Assembly: GCA_002633005.1 (NCBI GenBank)
Contig: NMRA01000382.1
Coordinates: 190,307 to 254,306, forward strand
Direction: 5' to 3'
DNA: 64,000 bases
Source of the DNA: Phoronis australis
Taxonomy: Eukaryota; Animalia; Phoronida
Of the stretch, positions 26,712-40,339 are shown piece after piece. The notes beneath the pieces are model-generated. The model was not told the origin of the DNA. It saw nothing but the letters and a program-made list of their open reading frames with translations, and did no database searches. Position 1 is the stretch's first letter. Each line of letters begins with the position of its first letter. Both the position numbers and the translations under genes were made by a program.

Positions 26712-29470
26712 TACTAGTGCCCTCTCTGGAATACCCCCCCAACCCGGCATAGGTCACAATGTACCCAATTGAACTCTCACCATTCAAAATGTTAACTATT
26801 GTTACGCACAGTGAAACTTGCATAATTCCTATCTAATTGCACCAAATAATTCAATGCAAATAAGGAAAATCTGTGTGATTTGACTCTGGGATTGAGTATG
26901 TGCTTTCGAATTTTTACCGGGTTGTGGAATACTAGAATGTCGCAAAACGTTGCATATTCAAGTTTCACATTCAATCCGAGTTCGACTGGTTTTATTGAAA
27001 TCAAGTATTTCAGTGTCATGGTGAAATTGATAGTTAATCTGGGTACAACTTTACCTAGGAGTTGAGTTGAGTTGAATATGGACTGACTAGAATGATCTCC
27101 CCATGTGCGTAGGAGCATATTATTTTCCCTCAAGAAATTTGCTTGGAACCTCAATTTAATATCTTTGCAAATGTCATCCGGTAAGGTGATTGGTAGGAGT
27201 ACAGGGTATAGTATTTTATGTTTACTATAGTACATGAGATAATTTTATTTTTACTGTAAACTATTATGGTTACATAAGATCTCTCGTGAAGACCATGCCA
27301 GTACCTTCAATGGTGGATTGAGAGGACAGCTAAGGGGTCATGTTTCCGGCCCCCTAAGACGCTACAAGATCATTTGGCAGTTGGGGGGGGGCAGGGGGTA
27401 AATGTCTGATGGGCAAAACCCTACTCTGCCCTAACCCCCCAACTCAAAATCCTGGACCCCCACCATCCCTGATCTTTACATGGATAACATTCCGTGTAAA
27501 TGGGTTATGTCTGGATTCTTAAGAAGCTATCACATACTGTTATGTATGCTAATATCTCATTGTTTTCAGGTCTCCATTAACTTGGTGGAGTACTTGGAAG
27601 AACTGGACATCCAAACATTTGCATCGAAACAATCACCAAGGGGTTGTATTGGGCTGTGTAAATCCACATGGCAGGTAGAGCTTCATATGCTTCATTGTTT
27701 AGTTAAAAATAGTGCTGCTATCAAGGTTTGAATTTGAAACAATATGAAATATGTCCTTGATTTAGCCAATGGGCTTATAATCTTTAACAAGCTCACTGAT
27801 TCTTGTAGCCATTTGGTCAAGTCAATGTAAAGCTTCTTGGTTTTGTTTTAAGTTTCAAAAAGTACACGTGGACGTACACATATGAGATTAAACTTTCAGT
27901 TCTAACCCTGGTTGCCGGCTAAATGTCCATGAAACATTAGTAAGAAGACAATTCAGTTCTATGCTGGCTGGAGACAGCTGGTTAGAATACAACTAGCTCT
28001 GCTCATTATGTAGAGTTGTGCATTGTCTTATTAGATTAACGAATTGAACAATGAAAAGTTCATCAAAATACTGGGAATTGTAGTTTATTGCAGTTGCCAA
28101 CAGTTTCATCATTTGATAAAGATATTCAGTAATTTGTCATAGAATTTCAACTAAAAAGTTACAGAACACGATACTTGGTTAGCCTAAAGTCCAACTTTTA
28201 TTAACACAATACGTAACTTTTTTTATATGAACGGTTTGTTCTAGATTGTGATAGCATGGTAGGTGACCATGTGCATGTTTTCTATTCATGTTGTGTAGAA
28301 TAAGCTTAATTTTTAATGTCGCGAATCCAGGATTGAAACTTCATTCAAAACAGTATGTGGAAAACTGACCCACTGCAGCACATGTTTGAAGTAAAATTGC
28401 AGACTAGTCTTGCACTTGAATCCGGGAGAGTGATTGATTAAATTTTGAGTTTAAAGACTATTTTCTAGGCTCTGTATATAAGTCAGGAAGTTTTACGAAT
28501 CAGTGTTGTATAAACAGCGCGATAAATATCCAGCAAGTTAAGTTGTCTTATACTGATAGCTTTTACCCGTCTGTTATTAAAATTTGTTGTCTTTATTGAA
28601 GAGTGTGCCTTTAACAATTGTTGGATGAGGAAAGCTAGCCAGAGAACACACCGTACGCACTTACGGACTGCAGCTCATGAACCTATGAGTTCAGTTATCT
28701 AAGCTCAGAAACGCGAATTTGTAGTCACAAAACGTGGATTATTTGCCTTTGAAGCTAAGCGCGCAGATCCAGCTAAAGAAGATTGAGTGGCTTGTGGTCT
28801 AGCATAGGGCCCTTTCACATTGACTTAACTCTTGTCTGAACGGAGCATCGACGTATACTCCGAACTTAACTGGACCGTTCATTCTGGCTTTGGTAGTTAA
28901 TGAACTTCGAAGTAAACAGTAGGTGACGATGTCGTGATCAAAGGTATCGCAAGGTAGCACTGCACGCTAAGATGTGACAATTTGGAAACATTTAATTGAC
29001 ATAAAACATATTTTTAAATTGATTGATGATTATAAGAGTAAGGTATAAGCAAATACTAGCCATCACACTACTATGCAATTGTTAATGATAACAGTGGCCC
29101 CTGGCAATAACTTCGATAGGACCGAAGTTGATCGTTGATACTGCGTGGCAGCGTTGACGCTAAGCACTTAAATCCAACTGTTTAGTGGGAAGTTAACTGG
29201 CGTTGTTAACTTCCTTTCCGGACCAAAGTTTAAGCTTTCATACTGACATCAACTCCCAACGACGTGTCGATATTAGTATGACAGGCTCTATAGATAAGGG
29301 TATGAAGTTCAGTACCTTTAAATTAAAGGAAAAAGAATATTTTTGGGGTCAAAGGTCTAAGTTTTCTAATTTCCATCTCGTATAACCAGGTTGTACTCAG
29401 GGTTACTTTTAGTGAAACTTGTTCGCACCATGGAGTGTATTGGATTTACTGTTATTATGATTGTCAACAA
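26712..29470. repeat. Dispersed repeat copy B (homologous to 497-2780, with ~0.4 kb extra at ~27743-28155)
   Basis: Direct alignment by eye with copy A. Confidence 0.9.
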
Positions 29471-29819
29471 ATTGTACATTCCATTTTGCTCCCTCAGTTA
29501 TCGCATAATTGTAATAGACTGAGAACGATGCAAATATCAAGATATTATTAGCCTAATTTAATTTTCACTGCACTGTATGCATGACACTTGATGAACTGAT
29601 TTTTAAAATGTTTCTGGTTTTTAAGGTTTTGATATTTCACTTATTGTCACTTATTTTAAGGAACTAGTGTATTTTAGGAAGTGCATTTCAATGAAATGTT
29701 AATAAAACTCTAGTTTGTTAAATCTTGATGAGAATCATTAAATTTGTTACTGTACTCCACTCTTGTTTTAGTGAAAATCGACATTTTTGAATGCCTGTCC
29801 TATTGAAACTCATTGTTTT

Positions 29820-30443
29820 AGAAAACTTCAGTTTTCAAAAGTTAGTTCCTTGAAAGCTTATGATCGGAAAACTTAGTTTTCAAAAACTTAAGTTTTGATG
29901 ACTTATGTTTGTTACCAAAAACTTGTTCCAAAAACTTAAGTATTTTGGAACAAGTTTTTTGGAAGGAACTTAAGTTTTTAAAACTTAAGTTTTCAGAAAA
30001 CTTAAGTTTTTCAAACATTTAACTTTCCAAAAACTTAAGTTTCCAAAAACTTAAGTTTTAAAAACTTAAGACTTTTAAAAACTTAAGTTTTTCAAACATT
30101 TAAGTTTCCAAAAAATTAAGTTTCCAAAAACTTAAGTTTCCAAAAACTTAAGTTTTTGAAAAACTTAAGTTTTTTAAAACTTCAGTTTTTGAAAACTTAA
30201 GTTCGTTCCAAAAACTTGTTCCAAAATACTTAAGTTTCCGCTAAAAACTTAAGTTTTCGCGAATGAAAACTTAAGTTTTTCAAACTAAAAACTTAAGTTT
30301 TTAAAACTTAAGTTTTTGAAAAACTTAAGTTTATACAACTTAAGTTTTCGCTAAAAACTTGAGTTTTCGCGAATGATAACTTAAGTTTTTCAAACTAAAA
30401 ACTTAAGTTTTTCGATGAAAACTTAAGTTCAGTTTTGTAAGGG
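29820..30443. repeat. Array of the palindromic unit AAAACTTAAGTTTT (right array), possible transposon terminus
   Basis: Dense, more homogeneous copies ending abruptly at TTGTAAGGG. Confidence 0.9.
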
Positions 30444-30699
30444 CTTGGCCCATTGAGGAATCAGTTGACGTTAAGCTTGAGGATATGTAAAAAATGTACG
30501 TGTAACCCTCTTGTATTCTTTCATTTCTTTTACATTATCAGGTTTATTTAAATACTCTGTACAGATTTTAAATGGAAATAAATGCCTTTAACATTAAACG
30601 AATAAGAATTGATATTTGTAATGACTGTGTTTGAAAGAAGCAAGTGCATTTTTAAAAGACAAAATGGCGGACGATGTCGATTGGCCGTCATGTTTCTTT

Positions 30700-31800
30700 A
30701 GAGTTTATTCTGCAAAAATCACAAAAGCTTTGTGCTTTAGTGAGTTATGTCAAAGACACCACTGAACATTTGACATACAGGAAACTACGTCACAAAGCAA
30801 GGCCTGTGCCAGAGTATGGACTCGTACTACCCAGAGTCGGTGAATTTCTGACTGAAAAGGACCAGTCATGGAAGAGTCAGGTAATGCTGGATGTTACCAC
30901 TCTGCTCCCCTCCTCCTGAACGTAGCAGCCTTGTCAAATTCTACCGGCATTTCTGTTTCGAAATATGACTTTCGTGAGAGTCAGAATGGAAAGGATCTCT
31001 GTGATCGCAAGATCGCTCCACTCAAACAACATGCAAAGCACTTTCTGGATTTGAAAGAAGCATTACTTTCCAATGGCCGTGTGAAGGGATGTCATGCGTA
31101 TGCAGTCAATGCAACAATGTCTTTTCCAAAATACTCAGTTCCTGGTATAAGCAAATTCCCAATATTCCACCCAAGGAATTCGCGTGTGGAAATCATTCCA
31201 TGTAGGTGACGGTAAGTTCTTACAAATACTGAGAAAATGGGAAACCTATTTCTCTAAAATACACTAACATCTCTAGTCATGGCGGATTTTCAACACCAAG
31301 AGTTAAGGCTGGCATTGTATCTAGTGAAGAGCCTCAACAAAAGTTCCCTTGTACCCAGCAAGGTTACTCGAATTTTTTGCTACAGACGCAGAACTAGGTC
31401 AGCATTTGGATGTGGGTAACCACACTGAACATGTACAAAGGGAAACCACGTATTACCACATCGCACGACAGTGGTCAGAAATATTTTCAAATGCAAGAAC
31501 CGGAGCGTCATTTGAGACAGCCTCAGAGTACTATTTGAATGAGACGAATACTGAAGCAATAGGTTAGGCATTGAAAAAAGGTAAAAGGTCAACAAGATTT
31601 TCAGCAAAAGATGAGATCTTTCTGACGAACATATTCGATGAAGGAGATAAGTCAGGTAAAAACGTTCACCCTCGGAAGTGCCAAAATGGATTACGAGAAC
31701 CACTGGTAAAGTTTTTAGCTGTGATATTAAGTGAATCGCAGATTGGAGGATTTTTTCGACGTTGTCTGTAGCAATGTTTATGACGATGCAATTTCTGCTG
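30700..31800 (+). pseudogene. Decayed DDE transposase (Sola-like, possibly Sola3)
   Basis: NAGCYH..YDFRESQNGKDLCDRKIA, a C2H2-like ELGQHLDVGNH, and G*ALKK..TRFS..FL..F..G..SG motifs, broken by frameshifts. The superfamily call is from memory. Confidence 0.55.
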
Positions 31801-32639
31801 AAGATGCTGTTATGTCGTACTCAAATCTGACACTCATACTCGAGTTGCTATGGAACTCTTTATGATGTGAAATGCAAAATCACGCAAAGCCGCGCTGATT
31901 CATCGCTCCCTATTGGAATAGACCACCCCAGGAACTAGGCCTACATTATCGTTTGCTGTCGCAACAACTACAAGAGAGTTCTGTAACTGTTATTCATTTT
32001 TTAGTTTCAATAAATATTCTTATGCCATTTCTTTGATACATTTGGCAATTATTAAGCTTTACTTCTTGAGTTCCTCACCCAGTCCCGAAAATGTCTTAAG
32101 AAATGTGTAACAGCTTATCACATCACATCTCTGTTGCTAATTTAGTCTTGACTTAAAACCTATTGCTGTGTATGCCTACGCTGATGTCAAACTTTGATAC
32201 TGTATCTTTGTATTTTACCGGGATGTATCAAGTGAGTTGACATTTGGCACGTGAGTTAAAAAACAATACTTGTGCAGGCATTCAGAGTTCACCAGTGGCA
32301 GTGAACGGGACGAGACGTCTTCTTAGAAATCGGCAAACAAAATCTGTAATTCCATTTGGGGATTGAGGAATTATAGATGACTAAGTTATGATGAGAAATG
32401 TACCTGACAGGGAAGCGAACTATTNTCTCACAACTGCTTTTGACGCTTGTTATGACTCGCCGACAAGGGATTACAATGCGCCTGTTAACATACAGTGATA
32501 CGACGGGTTAATGAGGTGAAGAATATGAAGATTTAGATGAAAACTATTATCTCTTAACTGAAATTGAAGTGCTGAGATACGGCAAGAGGACTTATCTTTT
32601 TAGATTTGCTGTGTTTCTTGGTTACCTTTCGATATTTTG

Positions 32640-32925
32640 TTCTCTGGCTCGTATTTATTTTCGAGTACGATTTCAAGCACACTGCCATACCAAACTTGAA
32701 ATTTGGGCATAGACTACGAAATTTTACTCAAAATCGTACTAGAAATATAGATGAGATTCACTTCAGTTCGAGTATACTCGAAAACTGAGTACGTGCTCGA
32801 AATTTCGAGTACAGATTTTTCGAGTATGACATTGAATACACCAAAGCTGAGTCTGTACTCGAGTTGAGTATGAAGTTTGAGTTTGAGCATGATTCGAGTC
32901 TGAGTACGGGGATTGGAGACAGGGC
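32640..32925. repeat. Cluster of GAGTAC/CTCGAG motifs (non-autonomous DNA transposon subterminal-type repeats)
   Basis: Repeated TCGAGTA, GTACTCGA and GAGTTTGAG motifs in both orientations. Confidence 0.5.
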
Positions 32926-33349
32926 CCAGATTTCTGGCAACTGGTGGCGACTAAAATTTTTAGCAACCAGCAGGGACATTGCAATATGAACCCAAAGATA
33001 CAATGACTATTGACAAGTTGAAGGATTTTTGCACTGAACACTAGGGGGCCATATCCACCTTGTGCGCCTTCCTTTGCCTGAGGCACGAACAAGGCAGATA
33101 GAAAACAAGGCAGGGGTGAGTTCAGTAACACTAGAACCTCTCTAAAATTTATCAGAACCACGTGTTCTTATTTGAAATGCAGGGCAATATCTCGCGAAGT
33201 CTTGAATTAGGTCCTCGTGTTACTGCTCTTATTCTAGATGCGTCTTCAGTCTCTACGTAAACAAAAGCAGCGCCATCTATCATTTAGAACCACGCATGCC
33301 AGTTGATTTACGTTACATAGTTTTTGTAAGCAATAATCATCAATGCCGT

Positions 33350-34246
33350 TGTCAGACGATTGTCTGTGTAGGTTTGTTTAAAAGATAGCTATGCTTTGAA
33401 GTTGTGCATAGATGGAGAGTGGATAATCAAATCCAGTAATTAATTTATTACATGATAACCCCTAATTAGACAAAGGAAACCTATTGTTAATTAAGTAATC
33501 AACTACAAAGAGAAACTACGCTAGCGCCCTCTTTAAAGATTACTTTAATAAAACAAACAAACGATCAAATGTCTTATCTGCTATCCAAGCTAGGACTCTC
33601 CACTTGTTGGATGTCTGTCCTGTTGGTGAATCTTCGAACTACACACACACTGTATAGCGACAGTGTACTTGTTGGTCACCGTCTCTGGTGATGCAACACT
33701 TGCAGGCAATTTCTTCTACCCGCGATTCTTCTTGCTGGTCACAGTCTCTGGCTGATGACGCAACACTTCAGGTAGTATCTTACTACCCACAATGCAAGTG
33801 ACAATGCAACTTAACTTCCTGTTCGTTAACCCTTGCCCTTGCCAAGATCCTTTCTAAAATCTTCCACGAGATGGCTTTGTCGTACAACTGCTTCTGTACA
33901 CTGTAGCAAGTCTTTATGCTTCAACTACTTTAGCGCATCTGATTATCTTCTTGATTCCAGCCCATAATATAACATTCTACTTATTTAGTGATTGGCTAAT
34001 AAAAACCACATGATCATACCCACTCGAATTATTGGCAGTGACAATTTGTTCTCAGAATATTCTAGAATTTCTAGAGTACTTTGACTCCAGAACCCAAAGT
34101 TGTAAACACCATCTAAAAATAAATTTTGACGTTAAAATACATGTCAACAAGTCTGACCCCATGATTTAAAGTACATATGCACAAATTTTGGGCAACTTAA
34201 AATGGATCTATTCTTACTTATTACTTAATCAATATTTATTCTGACA
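33350..34246 (-). mobile_element. Solo LTR (897 bp) with 5-bp TSD
   Basis: Starts TGTCAGA, ends TCTGACA, flanked by GCCGT at 33345-33349 and 34247-34251. Strand is tentative, from a minus-strand AATAAA at ~33443. Confidence 0.8.
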
Positions 34247-35576
34247 GCCGTTTTCAGAGAATGGTAGTTAATAATGCTGTCTGCCTTTTCTCCAAAATAC
34301 AAGGTTTTTATGTCGTGTTTCGCAAGCTAATTATGTTACAAGAGCCCCCTATTGGCAGCAGAGGCAAATGAGAACATGCAAAATGACGAAGTGCAGTTTG
34401 TGTAATGCTTCGTACGCAAAGACTACATTAGAGGCAAGATTTTTTTATTTTAGATTATGAACAGGTTAGGAATGACTAAAAAATTATTATAAAGTCAGGG
34501 ATTTCGGACAATTTCATTAGGGGTCTTATCATGGACCGGATGAGGTCAATCAGTGCAATGTTATTGAACGCTTAAATTGTTATTTCTCTCATATTTTTAG
34601 GGCAATCTCTTCAATTTCAGCAAGGAAATGTAGGCTTCCGTCCCAACAAAATAAAACCCTTTACTAAGCAATCGGGTCATCCGAACAGAAACAATATGCC
34701 AAAGGTCAACCATTGCAAACTGTGATTTTGAGTTTGACACTTCAATTACACATACCACCAAGGTATATGCGTTTCATTTCTTAAGTTTCCTGTAATTTGG
34801 GGCAAGGAGTGGGACATGAGTGCATTTTTCTTCTGAATTTCAGGCGTATTCATTCAACGCGTGACCCAATGTTTCAGCAGTGATTCTCAGCATCATCATT
34901 AAAGGAGAATTTCACGCGATCTAATTAGTTTTTGTTACCGTCTTAAATGGCTTATTTCCACATCACCTCCTCTGCAGTTGAATTAACCTAGCCGAAAGGT
35001 GTGGAGTGAAGCTGTGAGGAAGGTGTTTACGAGACGCAACGACGACAACAGTTTTTGAGCTCAGTGTGTGCCGTTATAGTGTGGGGTACCGTTCCCGGTT
35101 GTGTGAATCATGAAGGTGCGACAAAAGCGCGTATATTGTTATTTTGATTTCCTCCAAAACCCGATATTCTTTGGAACTGATTCCGGGCAGTTAAGAACCA
35201 AAAGCACGCCATTAACGCCACGTATGATACCGCTGTGAAAAATATCGATGCCTGTGGTAGGCATTATTCTGTTTCAACACGAATTAGTAATGTTCCTATA
35301 AACTGAAACAAAAAGTGAAAGTCTCTCTCTGTTTATATAATTTGTAAAGCACTAGAAATGTTTGTGAGTGCAAATGTTTCGCAAAATCCACAATGAATTG
35401 ATCGTAATGCGTTGACGGCTTCATATGCAATAAAAGTAATTGACTGGGCAGCAGCCCGTGTAAGTGCAAGCTAACTCACTATTTGGTGAGAAGTTCTGAA
35501 ACTGTAACCCTATTTCAGATGATAGGAGAATCTTTAGCCACTTAACTATTAGATTTCGTCAGGGCTGCATCACGGC

Positions 35577-36260
35577 TAGCCTGACAGGAGAGTAACCGGA
35601 ACGCACGCGTGAGGCAAATCCTTCACGGTATTCTCACGCCTAATTTTAGGGTATCTCTAACTTTTATCTCCGGTTTGGTAAACTCCTTTCTCACGCTTTC
35701 CCCACGCTTTACCCAAGCTTCTCTGACGCTTCCCCCAAACTTCTCTCCCCTTCAGAAGCTGTGGCAACCTAACATGGTGATGTGCCAGGCTAATAAATTT
35801 GAGTGAACACATGTCGTTGTTGGTGTACCTCTCGAGTAATCCGCTGTTTTGTCACCTTATACTAATGAGTTTCTACAAACTACAATTCCTCGTCTTAACC
35901 ATACAATGGAACTCCTTTGCCTAGTCTGGTGTTATATTTATGTTGTCCAATTTATTGCTCTAAATCACATCCCATCAACGACTTCACCGTGGTTAGTAAA
36001 CCCTTAGACCATTTTAGTTGCCTGACCTAAAGTTGAACAAACGCGACCCTCTATGCGTTCTCAGTCATGTCTAGAATGATGCGGACTCCATGAAACTCAT
36101 CACATCTGGATATACTTAATTCGCCCTAAAATAGCCCATACGTCTTGATTCCCGTACTCATGTATTGTCGATTCGTGGATTCTTTCATCGCACTCGTGGA
36201 ACAGAAAATCACAATAAGCTCCGGTGATTGTGCAAATCGCAACCCCGAAACCCTACAGCG
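35577..36260. repeat. MITE plus adjacent ~450-bp repeat, homologous to 44690-45390
   Basis: TAGCCTGACA...TGCCAGGCTA inverted ends, then GTACCT..CGAGTAATCCG, CCGTGGTTAGTAAA and GCACTCGTGGAACAGAAAAT shared with the 45-kb copy. Confidence 0.7.
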
Positions 36261-36979
36261 GGGTTATTCGTAACCCCATCCCCTTAGCATTTCGGGCCCA
36301 CGTAGTCCATTTATCTGACTCATCATATAGCTGTGTTCACTTTCTCCGCATGATGCAGGGATTCGGGAAATGATAATTCAATATGTTGGTGTTGCTTATA
36401 AAGCCAATAAGTGGAAACTTGGTCGAACTGACCAATCACAGGTTTAATTGTTAATTATGCTAAATGCTACGTTACTGAAGGTTACTTGGTTTTCAAGTGA
36501 AATCCAATGGAATCGTCATTCTCGTTGCCTAAAGTTTCCAAAATTCATCTCTAAAGTTTACATGATTCTGTTATATAAACAAAATACTGGTGGTTAACCC
36601 CAGGGGCAAAATACAGTTCAAAAAAGTTCGTTGAAAAGTTGACCGAGAGAAAAGCTGGGATACGATTTACACCTTGGTTCATCCATTATAAGACCAGTTA
36701 GGGATGGGATAAGTCCGAAGCAAGATTCACAAGTAATTTCACCAAAAACATCTGATAGTTACATGATGTACATGAAATACTTGTTAATTTCGGTGCATTC
36801 TATATACAGTGCTAGAGTGCAAAATAGTCATGGAAAATAGGCACACGCAATGTTTAATATAGCTGACATTAAATCAAAAAACAACCATGATAAGTAAATA
36901 CGATGGGCGACAAAACACCTACTTTAATAACAGATTTACAATTTGATACGCTTGTGAACGACAAAAGGCCGAGTTATCA

Positions 36980-37600
36980 AAGGTTCTATACATTTGAAAC
37001 ACACACGTTATATCACAAACTACCGAGACTATGTCGAAGAGCTGGCTGACCTTGTTGAAGATGCTTTACGAGCTAATAGATACCAGAAATGAATGCTCAC
37101 AGATAGGCCTATTGTAAATCTACTAAAAAAACGATGGTCACTCGGTTGCCATTCCATACATACATGTAAGAGGAGTGTCTGAACGCCTACAACAGACTTA
37201 CAGAACACACGGAATTTCTTCTTACATGAAACGTATCAACACCCTCCGATCCCTACTAGTCAGACCCAACGACCCAACCCCAATGGATTAACAATGTGGG
37301 GAAATATACCAGCTAAAATGTGACCAGGATCCTAACCACACCTACATTGGAGAAATCAAGAGACCGTTCCTTACCAGATTCAAACAACCTCAAAAACTAG
37401 ACAGACCAACAGCTGTGGGTGAACATATATTGGCGACTTGGCATTCCATCTCACTGGCGACATCCAAGATTCTAGCCAAAGTACGAAACTGGTGTGCTAA
37501 AATAGTACATAAACATTAGCAGTAAGCGCCCCCTCTTGAACCGGGACTGAGGTTTCCAACTACCCCCGTGTATTCCAAACATTATTAATCGGCGAATGGC
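36980..37600 (+). mobile_element. Penelope-like retroelement remnant (RT thumb/linker plus GIY-YIG endonuclease)
   Basis: Broken reading AIPY..GVSERL..NTLRSLLVRP.DP..IYQLKC..TYIGE.KR..RF..TAVGEH..LNRD.G. Confidence 0.8.
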
Positions 37601-40339
37601 GGGAAATTCCTCATTCATTGATAAGGACCTGGCGGACCTGATCGACGCGTCTGCAAACAACATATTACGTCTCTAAGTAAGTGATCATCTTATACTACAA
37701 TGCCTCTAGAGACCAATGACGAACCTATTCCCCAGCACTTAATGCATCACGTTAAATTTAGAATCATAATGGGTACAACTGAAAGTGCAATTTTTCAAAA
37801 AATAAGTATGATTAAGTTTCACTATTATTCCAGTATACCAAAAAAGTGGATATCAATTATCACATCAATCAAAATGAAATGAAACAAAATAGCATATTAC
37901 TATCATTAAAACCTCGCCTTCACAATCTCTTATAGCATACAATTAAATTGCTTCAGAATGGTTGTATCCATCATTTAGGGGATGTGTCAGTACAGTAATG
38001 TTTACTGAACTGTAGAATCGGACAACTTTTGTTTTAATTTGAACTGCAATTTAGTACTAAGCTTCATGGGACACTCAATGAAAGTTATATGTGTGTCATC
38101 CATTTAGTCTTGTAAGAATTTATTTTTGGTTGCATCATACAATGTTGTTTTAATTGCAAAAGTGTTGTTTTGAAATATCCATATTTCACATCGTAAGGTT
38201 TTTTTTTTATTCAAACCTGCTGAATGTAGTCGGAACGTCTTTGAGAAGGCAACGTGTTTCTGTTTTGTCAATAGTTTTTGTCATCTTGCTTTCAAAAATA
38301 CCGTCTTTAATGAGAAAAATCTGCCCCACATTGACACCTCAAATTGGAAAAAATGTCATCTTGTCAGTCAAAACGATCCACGTTGACCATGCACAGTTTG
38401 CAGTCAAACATAAAAAATCAAGGAACGTTATAAAGTACATGTAGATACACATATAAATGTATGTGTACTTGTATAACTTTGAACCAAAAAGAGCTGCTTC
38501 CAAGACCTACTTTGTACTGACATAATCTAATGAAGTGCAATTCAAGAATTTTCAATCTTTGTTACATCATTTCCATTTCTGAAGTTTGGTGCAATTAAGC
38601 TCGTCAATTTTATCTAAATCCAAATGTTCATGACCAAAACGCGCTGGATCAGTGTGACTTGTTTTAAAACTATGAACAAACTTGTGTTTGGATTAGTTCA
38701 CCTGCTTATTTTTTTTTCGATCATCAACGTGTACCAGTTACAGATTTTCCACCCACAAGAAGAGTTAGTGAGATAGAATAAATTTACTATCGGTTAAAAG
38801 CCTTTGCTCTAGAAGGAATGGTTTCACGTCACTCATGAGAGCAGGGCAGATATTGCAAATGCCCTGGGTTTTAATTTGACTCCGATGTAGTTTTAATAGC
38901 ATTGGCTAAGACGGTGTATAGAAACGCCTTTAAAAATGTATAGTTTCGAGTATGTAGTTTGGTTAAGAAATTAGTAATCTCTCGGTACGCTTATTCCCTA
39001 GGTTTTCAAACTTCTCACAAGTAAGCCAAACACATAGTGGCAAAATTTTAACTCTATGCAGTAACAAGTCAACACACTTTATGGGGAACACTGCTAGTCT
39101 CTTTTATCGTTGCTGACTTTTTGTCATTTCGTTATTTGTATTGTGAGTTACACAACTAATGATGCAACGTATGAACACAACGCATCCAGAATCAGAGTCT
39201 AGTTTTGATAAATGGCTTCAATTAAAATATCAATTTAAAATGTAAATTTGATTTCCATCACACATTAAAACCACAAACGTAAACAAAAATAACGTTTATT
39301 TATCTTTTTGGATCGCATTTTAAGTTTGTAACCCCCACTAGGGTGATACACTGCATCAGCCTAGATTTGTGAAAAGATAACCGGTGCCCATACATTCAAA
39401 GTTTTCTTTTGTCCCCGATATAAGCTACAAACTATCAGCACAGAGAATCAAAAGTTCAAACGTTTTTCGTTTCCCGTTTTAACCATTCATTTTCATGATA
39501 TATGTATGTCCTGTTGTGGAATATTACGGATACATGTAATAGGAAACACCCACATTTTTAAATTTTGGGTTCAAAGTGAATTGTGAACAAAGACAGTTTC
39601 AAGTTTTGGAGGTTTCCACCATCAGGTCAGGTATTATCCCAGTAAACATGATAGTATTGGCACATTGCTTAGCCTAGCTATGATTTGCTTGTAACCACGT
39701 GTATCGCATGCCTTTTTACATTTCTGTGCCACTAATAACCCAATACCGTCCAACGACACTCACCGAGTGACCATTAATTAAACACAAACGGTACTGTCGT
39801 CATAACGCTTGAGCGGTAAACACAGAGTTGAACTCATGAGGGCACTTATTGGCTTACCCACAGGAGGTCGCTTACTATTTTAAGACTAAAAACTGTTAAG
39901 TTTTCTTTAAAAAATGCCAGCATACAGGGGACAGAAAAAGTTTTTAACTTTTGTAAAAGACAATTTTATTACCACTCTTCCCAAATACTAAATACAAGAG
40001 AAATGCGACAGTGATTGACAGCTCTATGAACAGAACATGTAAAGTAGGAAACAATGTAAAAATAACTCAGGCAAGTTCATGAAACCCTGCAACTCATGAC
40101 AAACTGGAGAACCCTAGAAATCACCAGCCCTGGCAGAGTACGGTAAACGAGGGATCACTGCCAGTAAAGTGACTCATACTATCCAAGAGAAAAAACTATA
40201 GAAGGATACTGACCAGAATTGTTTTGTGAGACATAAAGATAATTCTCTAGTTATCAATTTTATCATTATATTTCTTATTTGTTCTGAGCCACTTGATTTG
40301 TTAATGTCCATACTATTTTTAGCTAGTCTACCTTCTTCA

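Noticed and set aside
29820-30443. Palindromic array as CRISPR
   Set aside because: Units are 14 bp with only short, low-complexity separators.
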